From positions 1 through 57,055 of the forward strand of contig CAZYCT010000001.1 of NCBI GenBank assembly GCA_964646135.1: a stretch of 57,055 nt of DNA. The letters run 5' to 3'. The position numbers were made by a program, and so were the translations under genes. Numbering within the stretch: the stretch's first letter is position 1; the number at the start of each line of letters is the position of its first letter. Shown here piece by piece: positions 38,914 through 47,747 of the stretch. The notes beneath the pieces were generated by a model. It was not told the origin of the DNA and did not search any database. It worked only from the letters and a program-made list of their open reading frames with translations. The stretch is from an uncultured Coprococcus sp. GTDB lineage: Bacteria > Bacillota > Clostridia > Lachnospirales > Lachnospiraceae.

Positions 38914-39372
38914 ATGACACTGAAAGAATTATCACAGCTTTATTACCTGAATAGAGAGATAGAAATGGATCAAGCCCGACTTGCAGAGTTGCAGAGCCGG
39001 GTAGGTATTGCAGCACAACAGATGGACGGTATGCCACATGGTACCGGATGTGGCGAAAGCAAGGTTGAAAAGACCGCGCTTGAAATTGTAGACCTGCAGG
39101 CAATCATAGCCGCAAAGCAGATTCAGTGTATACATGAGCGAGCACGACTTGAACGGTATATTGCAAGCATACCGGACAGTCTCACACGTATGATCTTCAC
39201 ATACCGCTTTATCAACGGATTATCATGGGCGCAAGTGACGGATTGCATTGGTGGGGATAACAAAGAAGCCAGTATCAAGAAAACATGCTATAGATATTTG
39301 GATAAGACAGAGGACAAAAAAATCTACATTCTGTATCAGTGGGATGCAAACACATTAGCACAGGCGAGGTAG
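38914..39372 (+). CDS. ArpU/RinA-like late transcriptional activator
   Basis: LSQLYYLNREI...DGMPHG...RMIFTYRFINGLSW.QV; last gene of the replication module. Confidence 0.75.
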   Translation: MTLKELSQLYYLNREIEMDQARLAELQSRVGIAAQQMDGMPHGTGCGESKVEKTALEIVDLQAIIAAKQIQCIHERARLERYIASIPDSLTRMIFTYRFINGLSWAQVTDCIGGDNKEASIKKTCYRYLDKTEDKKIYILYQWDANTLAQAR

Positions 39373-39377
39373 CGAAT

Positions 39378-39578
39378 ATGGAGTGTGAGAACAGATGTGT
39401 ATGTTGTGGCGAAGTCATACCAGAAGGAACGCAACTATGTTGGGTGTGCTGGATGCTGGGCGGAGAATCACCGCCACAGCATACGCAGCGAGCAAATAAG
39501 AGAGGTTTTAAGCACAGAATAGGGAAAGTCTATATGTGGTTTTATAAAACGCTTGTATGGCCGATTATGAGCGTGTAA
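39378..39578 (+). CDS. Small zinc-finger protein
   Basis: CVCCGEVIPEG..LCWVC. Confidence 0.55.
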   Translation: MECENRCVCCGEVIPEGTQLCWVCWMLGGESPPQHTQRANKRGFKHRIGKVYMWFYKTLVWPIMSV

Positions 39579-39579
39579 A

Positions 39580-39614
39580 TTGTCCACAAATGTCCCGCAT
39601 GGATGTGATAGGAT
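39580..39614 (+). promoter_or_regulatory. Late promoter 1
   Basis: TTGTCCACAAATGTCCCGC, 7 nt, then TG-n-TAGGAT; same 19-mer and spacing at 44171. Confidence 0.7.
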
Positions 39615-39620
39615 AATAGC

Positions 39621-39742
39621 ATGGATTTGTGTGGTTCAGTGCTGGGGTTTGCCTCCTTGCCCGCCGGGTTGGTGCATTGGCACTCACTGAGCCACACATG
39701 GGAAGGATCCATATGCCTCTGGTTTTTACCGGGGGCTTTTCT
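39621..39742 (+). ncRNA. Candidate structured small RNA / leader
   Basis: Stems ATGGAT/ATCCAT and TGTGTGGTTCAGTG/CACTGAGCCACACA, internal GCCTCCTT, then a terminator-like hairpin. Confidence 0.45.
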
Positions 39743-39766
39743 TATGCTTAAAAAATGGAGGATGCT

Positions 39767-40402
39767 ATGAGTTATAAACAGCAGAGAAATTATGAGAATT
39801 TAAACAAAGCAATATTTGAGGGGACAGGTGAATTTGGGATACCACAGCTTCAACCGGTACATGATGTAGAGGTTACGAACTGGATCAGTTTTAACTATGC
39901 AAAAGGATGTGAAGAGCCGGAGGAACATGGTGTGCATTTCTTCATAGACGATTACCAGTTTCTCAGAGTATGGACGAACCCGGATCAGTATGTACGGATG
40001 CTGGCAAAGTTTCAGGCAGTCTGTACACCTGACTTTTCTACATACACAGATTTCCCAAAAGCGATACAGATATACAACCATTACAGAAAGCACTGGGTTG
40101 GGGCCTATCTTCAGATGCATGGAATTGTGACGGTGCCAACAATCAGTTGGAGTGACAAAGAAAGTTATGCATGGTGTTTTGATGGAGAGCCGGAAGGCGG
40201 TGTGGTTGCAGTATCCAGCGTGGGAACACAGCTCAATAGGGATGCTGGCAGATTATTTCTTGACGGATATAGAGAAATGATACACCGTTTGCAGCCTTCT
40301 AAAATCATCATGTATGGAAACGTACCGGATGAGTGCACCGGTGATATTGTACAGGTCAGAGCATTTCAACAGAAATGGCGCGAAGAGAAACAGGACTGTT
40401 AA
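39767..40402 (+). CDS. DUF4417 protein
   Basis: GVHFFIDDYQF.RVW..P, TPDFSTYTD.P.A.QIYNHYR, PTISW, AVSSVG. Confidence 0.85.
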   Translation: MSYKQQRNYENLNKAIFEGTGEFGIPQLQPVHDVEVTNWISFNYAKGCEEPEEHGVHFFIDDYQFLRVWTNPDQYVRMLAKFQAVCTPDFSTYTDFPKAIQIYNHYRKHWVGAYLQMHGIVTVPTISWSDKESYAWCFDGEPEGGVVAVSSVGTQLNRDAGRLFLDGYREMIHRLQPSKIIMYGNVPDECTGDIVQVRAFQQKWREEKQDC

Positions 40403-40447
40403 ATATTGCAGAGTTAAATATTTATGATTATAATGGAGGTGGTAACT

Positions 40448-41215
40448 ATGGGCGGCAGAGGTAGCGCAAGCGGTCTGGCACCCAGCGGGCGCAATATCTC
40501 ATTAAAGGGATTGATACAGCAGATCAATAACAATCAGTCCACCAACGGCCCGCAATGGATGTATCAGGGAGATTATACAGATGATAACAACCCTGCATTG
40601 ATACAGTATCAGCAAAAAGACGATGATAAGACCGCGAACTTCTTAGCTGGTACAGATAAGAACGTGGATCTGAACAGTTCGGCATATGCAGACGGTTATG
40701 GATACCATGATATTCCTCTGAATAAATTGCTCTTACGTCTGGGAGTCGGTAAGGGTGCAACTGTGCTCAGTGATGCGGATTTTAATAAATATGTCCAGCA
40801 GTCGGGACAGACTGTTATGTATCGAGGTTGGAGCAACAAGGGCAGTGCAGATCGTTTCGTGAATGCGCAGAATAACCACGTTGGAAACGGTCGGTATGGA
40901 GACGGCTATTACTTCACACCGGATAAGCATGTAGCAAATATGTACTCTGGAAATGGTACAGTAACGAAAATGGCACTGTCACCAAAGGCGCGTGTGATCA
41001 GCTACCAAGATCTGTTATCTAAGATGTCGCAGGCAAGTGGTAAATTGCAGCGATCATTATACAAGGCAGGTACAGGCGGTTCCGGGCGTACCTATGGATC
41101 AAACAGAGGTGAAGCACAATATGCATTGAAACTGGGATATAATGTCATTGACGTTGGCGGTGGATATCTATATGGAATTACAAACGATGCATTTGTTGTC
41201 AGCAAAAATTATTAA
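40448..41215 (+). CDS. MGGRG-leader protein with possible ADP-ribosyltransferase-like C-terminal domain
   Basis: MGGRGSASG start typical after DUF4417; VMYRG...GNGRYGDGYYF...A..Y; GYNVI; fold call is tentative. Confidence 0.45.
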   Translation: MGGRGSASGLAPSGRNISLKGLIQQINNNQSTNGPQWMYQGDYTDDNNPALIQYQQKDDDKTANFLAGTDKNVDLNSSAYADGYGYHDIPLNKLLLRLGVGKGATVLSDADFNKYVQQSGQTVMYRGWSNKGSADRFVNAQNNHVGNGRYGDGYYFTPDKHVANMYSGNGTVTKMALSPKARVISYQDLLSKMSQASGKLQRSLYKAGTGGSGRTYGSNRGEAQYALKLGYNVIDVGGGYLYGITNDAFVVSKNY

Positions 41216-41237
41216 ATAAAAACAGGAGGATACCATA

Positions 41238-41435
41238 ATGGCAAAGAAAAAGATTGATGAAAAAGCAGAAGCAAAGATCAATGAATCATACGCAAGAGCA
41301 GCTGAAAAAGCAACAGGTGTAAAGCCTATGAGTGAAGATCCAAAATACAAGAATTTTGGTAAAGATACACCGAAAAAGAAGCCGGTTAAGAAAGCACAGG
41401 AAAAATCAACAGGTAAGAAAACAGGTAAGCGATAA
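41238..41435 (+). CDS. Small Lys-rich protein
   Basis: AGGAGG RBS; strongly basic 65 aa. Confidence 0.7.
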   Translation: MAKKKIDEKAEAKINESYARAAEKATGVKPMSEDPKYKNFGKDTPKKKPVKKAQEKSTGKKTGKR

Positions 41436-41436
41436 G

Positions 41437-41467
41437 AACCATCTACTGAAAAAGTAGGTGGTTTTTT
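41437..41467 (+). terminator. Terminator
   Basis: AACCATCTACT-gaaaa-AGTAGGTGGTT followed by a T run. Confidence 0.7.
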
Positions 41468-41496
41468 CATGCTGTCGTAGAATGGGGGTGAACTGT

Positions 41497-41973
41497 ATGG
41501 CAGTATATGGAGCGGCAAAACCGAGATATGAAAGCCCGGATCAGATCGAAGGGCTTGTGGAAAAATACTTCGATGAGTGCGCCGGGAAAATTCTAAAAGA
41601 TGATAAGGGCGATCCTATACTGGATAAGTTTGGACAGCCCATTTTTATTGGCAAAAAACAGCCTACATCCGCTGGCCTTGCACGCGCGTTGGGGTTCAAC
41701 AGCCGTCAAAGTCTGTTAAATTATAAAGCGAAAAAAGAGTTCAGACCGATTATTGAATATGCTATGCTGCGACTGGAAGAAGCCACGGAGCAGCGATTGT
41801 ATGACAAGGACGGTGCACGCGGGGCACAGTTCTCTTTGCGGTGTAACTTCAAACACTGGAAAGATGAAACAGAAGATGTGAATAAAGCACCAGCGGTTAA
41901 TATCATCTGTGATATCCCAAAAGTGCATTTAGAAAAAGCAGAGGAAAAGGCCAAGGATGGCAGCAAGGATTGA
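41497..41973 (+). CDS. Terminase small subunit
   Basis: YFDEC...PTSAGLARALGF.SRQSLLNY...GAQFSL..NF..W; overlaps the large subunit start. Confidence 0.85.
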   Translation: MAVYGAAKPRYESPDQIEGLVEKYFDECAGKILKDDKGDPILDKFGQPIFIGKKQPTSAGLARALGFNSRQSLLNYKAKKEFRPIIEYAMLRLEEATEQRLYDKDGARGAQFSLRCNFKHWKDETEDVNKAPAVNIICDIPKVHLEKAEEKAKDGSKD

Positions 41974-43210
41974 TGGGGTGCGCCTATCTTCATTGATTGC
42001 CCCGGCTTTTTATGATGTACACTGGGACTTGCAGGACGGAAAGCACACTTATTATGACCTGTATGGCGGGCGAGGTTCCACAAAATCATCATTCATAAGT
42101 GTTGAAATTGTAATGGGTATCATGCAGGATCCAGCAGCAAATGCGGTAGTGTTCCGTAAAGTTGCAAGTACCATAGGAACTTCTGTATTTGAACAGATCA
42201 TATGGGCGATCAATGAGCTAGGAGTTTCTGACCTATGGAAATGTACTACGAATCCTTTTAAAGCCACGTATAAACCAACAGGACAGGTTATCATCTTCCG
42301 TGGTCTGGACAAGGCTAAGAAGATGAAATCCATTAAGGTGTCAAAAGGATACATTAAATATCTGTGGTTTGAAGAATTAGATGAATTTGCAGGCGAAGAA
42401 GAAATCCGATCTGTGCAGCAGTCAGTTCTTCGTGGTGGCCCGAAGTTCGTAGTATTCAAATCATTCAACCCTCCGATCAGTAAATCAAACTGGGCTAATC
42501 AATATGTGACGAAGCCACGTAGAGGTGCGCTGCGACATATGTCGTGTTACTTGAACGTTCCGCGTGAGTGGCTGGGAGAACAGTTCTTCGATGATGCAGA
42601 GGATTTGAAAGAAACAAATCCGAGAGCATATGAGCATGAATATCTTGGAAATGCCGTAGGAACAGGTGGTGAAGTATTCGACAATCTGGAAATCAGAGAA
42701 ATCACACAGGCAGAACGTAGTCACTTTGATAATATATTCATGGGAATTGACTGGGGATGGTATCCAGATCCGTTCCATTGGGGCAAAATGCATTATGACT
42801 CTACACGGAAAGTTTTGTATATCTATGATGAGTTCCGCGTAAATAAGATGAGCAATGCAGAAACATGGAACAGCCTTGTTATGCTGAAAGGTGTTACAGG
42901 TTCAGACCTGATCACTGCGGACTCAGCAGAACCTAAATCGGTAGCTGACTATAAGGATTATGGTGCACTGTGTCGTGAGGCAATCAAAGGGCCAGACAGC
43001 ATACGCTATGGAATCAAATGGCTGCAGTCATTAAAGAAAATTGTAATTGATCCAATAACGGCACCAGAGACCGCGAAGGAATATTCAAAATATGAATACG
43101 AACGTACAGAATCTGGTGAAATCATGAGCGCATTACCTGATAGCGATAACCACAGTATAGATATGACAAGATATGCAATGGAAAGAGTGTATAGACGTAA
43201 AGGGCAATAA
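41957..43210 (+). CDS. terL: Terminase large subunit (PBSX-type)
   Basis: GGRGSTKS Walker A, WFEE Walker B, SFNPP, GIDWG, DNHSIDMTRY nuclease motifs. Confidence 0.95.
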   Translation: MAARIDGVRLSSLIAPAFYDVHWDLQDGKHTYYDLYGGRGSTKSSFISVEIVMGIMQDPAANAVVFRKVASTIGTSVFEQIIWAINELGVSDLWKCTTNPFKATYKPTGQVIIFRGLDKAKKMKSIKVSKGYIKYLWFEELDEFAGEEEIRSVQQSVLRGGPKFVVFKSFNPPISKSNWANQYVTKPRRGALRHMSCYLNVPREWLGEQFFDDAEDLKETNPRAYEHEYLGNAVGTGGEVFDNLEIREITQAERSHFDNIFMGIDWGWYPDPFHWGKMHYDSTRKVLYIYDEFRVNKMSNAETWNSLVMLKGVTGSDLITADSAEPKSVADYKDYGALCREAIKGPDSIRYGIKWLQSLKKIVIDPITAPETAKEYSKYEYERTESGEIMSALPDSDNHSIDMTRYAMERVYRRKGQ

Positions 43211-43211
43211 T

Positions 43212-43463
43212 ATGGACATGTTGAATGTATTTTTAACGGTGTATGTCGGCGGAGTTATTTTAGTGACCGCCGTTTTTGCAATCATAGCCATGACTGCGCT
43301 TATCCTGTCTAAAAAAGACAAGGATACCGAAGACAATGAGGGGGACAAAGATGCAGAAGTGCAGAATGCTGTATTTCTTTCTGTAGCCCTTGTGGTATGC
43401 GCAGCGGTCACATGGCCTTTTATTGCTGTAGGGCTTATACTGGGTGCAATCACAACAGAATGA
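43212..43463 (+). CDS. Small membrane protein
   Basis: Two hydrophobic helices. Confidence 0.6.
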   Translation: MDMLNVFLTVYVGGVILVTAVFAIIAMTALILSKKDKDTEDNEGDKDAEVQNAVFLSVALVVCAAVTWPFIAVGLILGAITTE

Positions 43464-43475
43464 GAAGAAAAACTT

Positions 43476-43508
43476 GAGTGCTGCCATGAAGGTGGCACTC
43501 TTTTTTTT
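43476..43508 (+). terminator. Terminator upstream of the lipoprotein moron
   Basis: GAGTGCTGCC-atgaa-GGTGGCACTC followed by T8. Confidence 0.85.
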
Positions 43509-43536
43509 ATCCCCGAAATGTGGAAAGAATGTGGAA

Positions 43537-43554
43537 AGTAAAAATATTTTTACT
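43537..43554. promoter_or_regulatory. Perfect 18-bp palindromic operator-like site
   Basis: AGTAAAAATATTTTTACT matches the operator consensus. Confidence 0.6.
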
Positions 43555-43614
43555 ATAAAAAATTTTAGGTATATGGTAGTATTAAGACAGATAAAAGAAA
43601 GGGGATTGATCGTG

Positions 43615-44118
43615 ATGTTGAAAAGAATATCATATTTTGTTTTATGCATTTGCGTATTTCTTATGCTGACTGGATGCGGTAACACAACTGTTCCAACCGA
43701 TTCACAAGAAACAAAGTATACACCAGTTAATGAAGGGGCTTTATGGGGCACCGAGTATGACGGATACAAGGTGGAAGTCCTGAGCTATGAGTATGATGAG
43801 GCATGGCGCAGCTACACAGATGAAGCAGGAGTTCCGGCAATCTGCATCCGTTTTTATTACGAAAACAGCGGCGGAGATCCTCTGTATTTGTTGGAGTCGT
43901 TTGGGATTGCCGTCTACCAAGATGGTACAGAACTGGACTATATCAGTCTTAACAGTGACGATGATGAAGCATCAAATACAACAGTAGCCGTAAAAAATGG
44001 GGCTGGTATATACTGCATGATGGCATTTGAAACCACATCAGACAATGCCGCAGAATTGCAGATTACAGAACCGACAGCAGAAGCTAATTCCTTAGTAAAA
44101 TTAAAACTTGAAAAGTAG
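43615..44118 (+). CDS. Lipoprotein moron (DUF5067/DUF4352-like); possible superinfection exclusion
   Basis: Signal peptide with lipobox LTGC; acidic Ig-like body (AVYQDGTEL); flanked by terminators. Confidence 0.75.
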   Translation: MLKRISYFVLCICVFLMLTGCGNTTVPTDSQETKYTPVNEGALWGTEYDGYKVEVLSYEYDEAWRSYTDEAGVPAICIRFYYENSGGDPLYLLESFGIAVYQDGTELDYISLNSDDDEASNTTVAVKNGAGIYCMMAFETTSDNAAELQITEPTAEANSLVKLKLEK

Positions 44119-44136
44119 AGTTGAGCCAAACATACA

Positions 44137-44172
44137 TAGATGGGGTAATATTTTGTTACTCCATCTTTTTTT
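44137..44172 (+). terminator. Terminator after the lipoprotein
   Basis: AGATGGGGTAA...TTACTCCATCT followed by a T run. Confidence 0.75.
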
Positions 44173-44205
44173 GTCCACAAATGTCCCGCCTATCTCTGTT
44201 ATACT
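44171..44205 (+). promoter_or_regulatory. Late promoter 2
   Basis: TTGTCCACAAATGTCCCGC, 7 nt, then TG-n-TATACT. Confidence 0.7.
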
Positions 44206-44251
44206 GATAAGGTGATAAAAAAGGCACTGGAAACGGTGTCTTTTTTCTTTT

Positions 44252-44516
44252 GTTACATTGAGGTTACAAAATACGAAATTCAATGTAATCGAATGTAACT
44301 TTGTAACTTGAGAAATTACACATATTACATTGAATTACAAAATATGTAACAGCTGAAGCCCTTATGAATATTGGGATTTTTGATATAAGTTACACAATTA
44401 CATTACTTTACTATTGAGCTTATAAAAATAGGCAGAAATATAAGATTTAAAGGGGATACAAACTCTATAAATTCTATATTTCTGCCTAATTCGTATGGGT
44501 CTATACGCGCGTGCGA
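44252..44516 (+). repeat. Dispersed iteron/hairpin element, copy 3
   Basis: Same identical blocks as copies 1 and 2; 14-bp stem TAGGCAGAAATATA / TATATTTCTGCCTA. Confidence 0.92.
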
Positions 44517-44545
44517 GAAGCGTAACTGATTGGGGGGTGATACGA

Positions 44546-46090
44546 TTGGGTGTATTCACTACGATGTTTAATAAGATACGGGAGGTGATTGGGAAGATGA
44601 TACCATACAGAAGCATTGAACAGGTAGAGCGAATTGAAACGCCATTGTCTTCTGAAATGTTGTATGCACTTGAAAAGTGGTATGAAATGTATCTGGATGA
44701 TGCTCCGTGGTTGGAACCGGGAAAAGTAAAATCTTTAAATCTTCCTGCGTTTATTAGTTCTGAGATAGCAAGACAGGTTGTTCTTGAACTGAAATGGAAT
44801 ATCACCGGAAAAGATAAAAACGGAAAGCAGAGGGATGAAGCAGGGGACGATATTATGAACCCACGTGCAGAATACCTGAAAGCAGAATGTGAGAAGCTCT
44901 TTGCTGTTCTCAGACAGAAACTGGAACAGGGGTGCGCGGCGGGCGGTATGTTGATAAAGCCATATCCGAACCTTGCAGATGGTCACATTTATTTTGACTG
45001 GGCTATGGATTGGGGTATGTACCCGCTGGCATTTGACGATGAAGGGAACTTATCAGACGTAGTAATCCCGGATGTATTTCAGGAGGGTAAAACCATTTAC
45101 ACGCGTCTGGAACGTCATACAGTTGATGGTAGCGATGTTAAAATCACACAGCGAGCTTTTAAGTCTAACACACGTGATGCAGTCGGTGTAGAGATACCAC
45201 TGACGGATGTGGAGCGCTGGGCTTCACTGGCACCGGAATCCACTGTGACAAATACAGATGGCCCGTTGTTCGGTTGGTATAAAGTGGCAAGTGCCAACAA
45301 TGTAGATGTGGACAGTCCTATGGGAGCCTCTGTATTCGCAAAAGCAGTAGATGTGATCAAAGAAGCAGATATGCAGTATTCAAGATTACTGTGGGAGTAC
45401 GAGGGGTCTGAGCTTGCCATTGATGTAGATCCTACTGTACTGCGTCCAAAGAGGGCAACAGGAGCAGGAGGGAACACTGTCATGGAGTCTCCAAAATTGA
45501 ATGAACGTCTTTTCCGCGGTGTGGATCTTGGTGAAGACGATACGTACAAAGTCTTTGCACCGGCAATCCGTGACGGGGCACTGGTGAATGGACTTAACCA
45601 GTTATTCATTCGTATAGAAGATCTATGCGGTTTGTCGCGTGGTACAATTTCAGACGCTAATCAGGAGGCAAGGACAGCCACAGAACTGCGAATCATCAAA
45701 CAGCGTTCCTATGCGACAATCCATGATAATCAGACGGCACTTGAACAGTGCCTGAAAGCTGTCATTCATGCAATGGACGCATATGCAACAGCTTACAATC
45801 TTGCACCGGAAGGCGAATACGATGTGTCATTTGACTGGGACGATTCTATCATAACAGATACCGATCAGCAGCTGAATGAGCGATTGTTGCTTTTGAATGC
45901 AGGAATCATGAGTAAATCGGAGTTCCGAGAATGGTTCTTTGGTGAAACACCATCACAGGCAAAACAAGCCATATCGTCCATTTCAGCCGAAAATATAATG
46001 GGGTTTGAGGATATGTTACCTTCGCTCTCAAGAACGCCCGTGGGTGGTGCTGGCAGCTCTCAGAAAGGCAATGAAGAGGATGAACAATAA
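44546..46090 (+). CDS. Portal protein (A118/SPP1 Gp6-like)
   Basis: SLNLPAFISSEIAR, YTRLERH, SPMGASVF, TATE, FDWDDSI; follows terminase; TTG start after GGGGGGTGA (start uncertain). Confidence 0.9.
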   Translation: MGVFTTMFNKIREVIGKMIPYRSIEQVERIETPLSSEMLYALEKWYEMYLDDAPWLEPGKVKSLNLPAFISSEIARQVVLELKWNITGKDKNGKQRDEAGDDIMNPRAEYLKAECEKLFAVLRQKLEQGCAAGGMLIKPYPNLADGHIYFDWAMDWGMYPLAFDDEGNLSDVVIPDVFQEGKTIYTRLERHTVDGSDVKITQRAFKSNTRDAVGVEIPLTDVERWASLAPESTVTNTDGPLFGWYKVASANNVDVDSPMGASVFAKAVDVIKEADMQYSRLLWEYEGSELAIDVDPTVLRPKRATGAGGNTVMESPKLNERLFRGVDLGEDDTYKVFAPAIRDGALVNGLNQLFIRIEDLCGLSRGTISDANQEARTATELRIIKQRSYATIHDNQTALEQCLKAVIHAMDAYATAYNLAPEGEYDVSFDWDDSIITDTDQQLNERLLLLNAGIMSKSEFREWFFGETPSQAKQAISSISAENIMGFEDMLPSLSRTPVGGAGSSQKGNEEDEQ

Positions 46091-46103
46091 GGAGGGCTGA
46101 TAC

Positions 46104-47303
46104 ATGGCAGATATGGACAGCCTGAATACACTTGGAGGAAACGGATCAAAAACTGTACTTACGATAGAGGAACAGACAGAACTTTTACTGAAGCAATTTG
46201 AAGAAGTGAATGCATTCTTTATTGCGAAAGTAGCAGCACAGATTAAAGCAATCGGTAAGATGTCGCAGGCGAACATCAATACATATATGATCATGGCACA
46301 GATGAATGAGGATATCGCAACCATTAACGCAAAACTGGTGAAGGCCTGCAACACAAGCCGAAAAAGGTTGATGAACATATTTCAAACAGCCTTGAATGAT
46401 ACCTATACCGATCCCCGGTTTAAACGGGCACTTACAGAAAATCCATTGTCGGATGATGCGAAAGAACGTCTGGAGCATTATGTAAAATCTGTCAGTAGAC
46501 AATCCGCTGGAACCATGCAGAATTTGTCCAACACTACGATAGTGGCGAAGCAATACCGTGACGCGGTGGATAAAGCGGTGCTGGCAGTATCTTCTGGTAT
46601 GGGGGATTATCGAAGTGCTACACGAAAGATCGTGCGGGATCTGGGATATGGCGGTATGAAGGTGCAGTATGAGAGTGGCTATCAGAAACGGCTTGATAGC
46701 GCAGTGCGTCAGAATATTGTGGATGCGACCAAACAAATCGCACAAAATGGTTCAGATATCATGGGCGAGGAATTAGGTTACGATGCTTATGAAATTTCCG
46801 CCCATGCAAGATCGGCACCTGATCATGAACCTGTGCAGGGGCACGTATTCCTGAAAGAGGAATTTGCAAAGATGCAAGCTGGACAGAATTTTACAGATAT
46901 TGATGGACGAAGCTATCAGGGGTTTAAACGTCCAATCGGTGAATGGAACTGTATGCATTTTGCAATGAGTTTTTCTACACAGTATTCCAAAAGAAAATTT
47001 ACGAACGAGCAGTTGGATAAATTCATAGAGGACAATCATAGAGGGTGTCAGATAGGCAGTAAGCACTATTCAATCTATGAAGCTGGACAGCTTATGCGAC
47101 AGATAGAAACCGAAGTGCGCAAATGGAAAGATGCGGGGAATGCTGCAAGACAGGCAGGTGATGATGAACTTCGGGCAGACTGCCAGAGAAAGATCGATAC
47201 ACTGGTAAGGCAATATGATCTGGTATCTAAAGCAGCTGGTATCAAGCAGAGCAGAGACCGAATGAGCGTTCCGGGATATAAGATGGTAAAAATCAAATAT
47301 TAA
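46104..47303 (+). CDS. Minor capsid protein (Phage_min_cap2-like)
   Basis: YESG...LDSAVR, EISAH..SAPDH..VQG, WNCMH, QLMRQIETEVRKWK. Confidence 0.85.
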   Translation: MADMDSLNTLGGNGSKTVLTIEEQTELLLKQFEEVNAFFIAKVAAQIKAIGKMSQANINTYMIMAQMNEDIATINAKLVKACNTSRKRLMNIFQTALNDTYTDPRFKRALTENPLSDDAKERLEHYVKSVSRQSAGTMQNLSNTTIVAKQYRDAVDKAVLAVSSGMGDYRSATRKIVRDLGYGGMKVQYESGYQKRLDSAVRQNIVDATKQIAQNGSDIMGEELGYDAYEISAHARSAPDHEPVQGHVFLKEEFAKMQAGQNFTDIDGRSYQGFKRPIGEWNCMHFAMSFSTQYSKRKFTNEQLDKFIEDNHRGCQIGSKHYSIYEAGQLMRQIETEVRKWKDAGNAARQAGDDELRADCQRKIDTLVRQYDLVSKAAGIKQSRDRMSVPGYKMVKIKY

Positions 47304-47459
47304 ACAGGTGCACAGTCTGAAAAAAGTCGGGGAAATCCGGCTTCTTTTTATGTGAAAGAATGCGTTTTCGCATTTTAAAGCTGTCCAATGGGAATATATC
47401 GCAAATATGGCAGCTAAATATCCAAAAATCTAAATTACATTCCAAAGGAGGCAGAGCAA

Positions 47460-47732
47460 ATGATTATTACTGGAATGGCACATTTTGAGAGCGTGTGCAA
47501 AAAGAAACTGGTTGATTGGTACAATGCACAAGAAAATCTGAAAGAAAAGATTGATATGAGCAATGTTTTTATCGTATGGAGCTGTAAGACTTTACAGAAT
47601 TACAAGTGCCTTGCATCTACTACGGTGTCAGATGACGGCATCTATGCGGAGTACACCTACAACGGGGACAAACAGGAACTGTATGAGGACGTGTATAAGA
47701 AAGTACAGAACACTTGTCATACAGAAGAATAA
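47460..47732 (+). CDS. DUF6275-like phage protein
   Basis: VFIVWSCKTLQNYKCL.ST...DG.YAEYTYNGDK.ELY.D.YKK. Confidence 0.75.
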   Translation: MIITGMAHFESVCKKKLVDWYNAQENLKEKIDMSNVFIVWSCKTLQNYKCLASTTVSDDGIYAEYTYNGDKQELYEDVYKKVQNTCHTEE

Positions 47733-47747
47733 AGGAGAGTACAGCGT

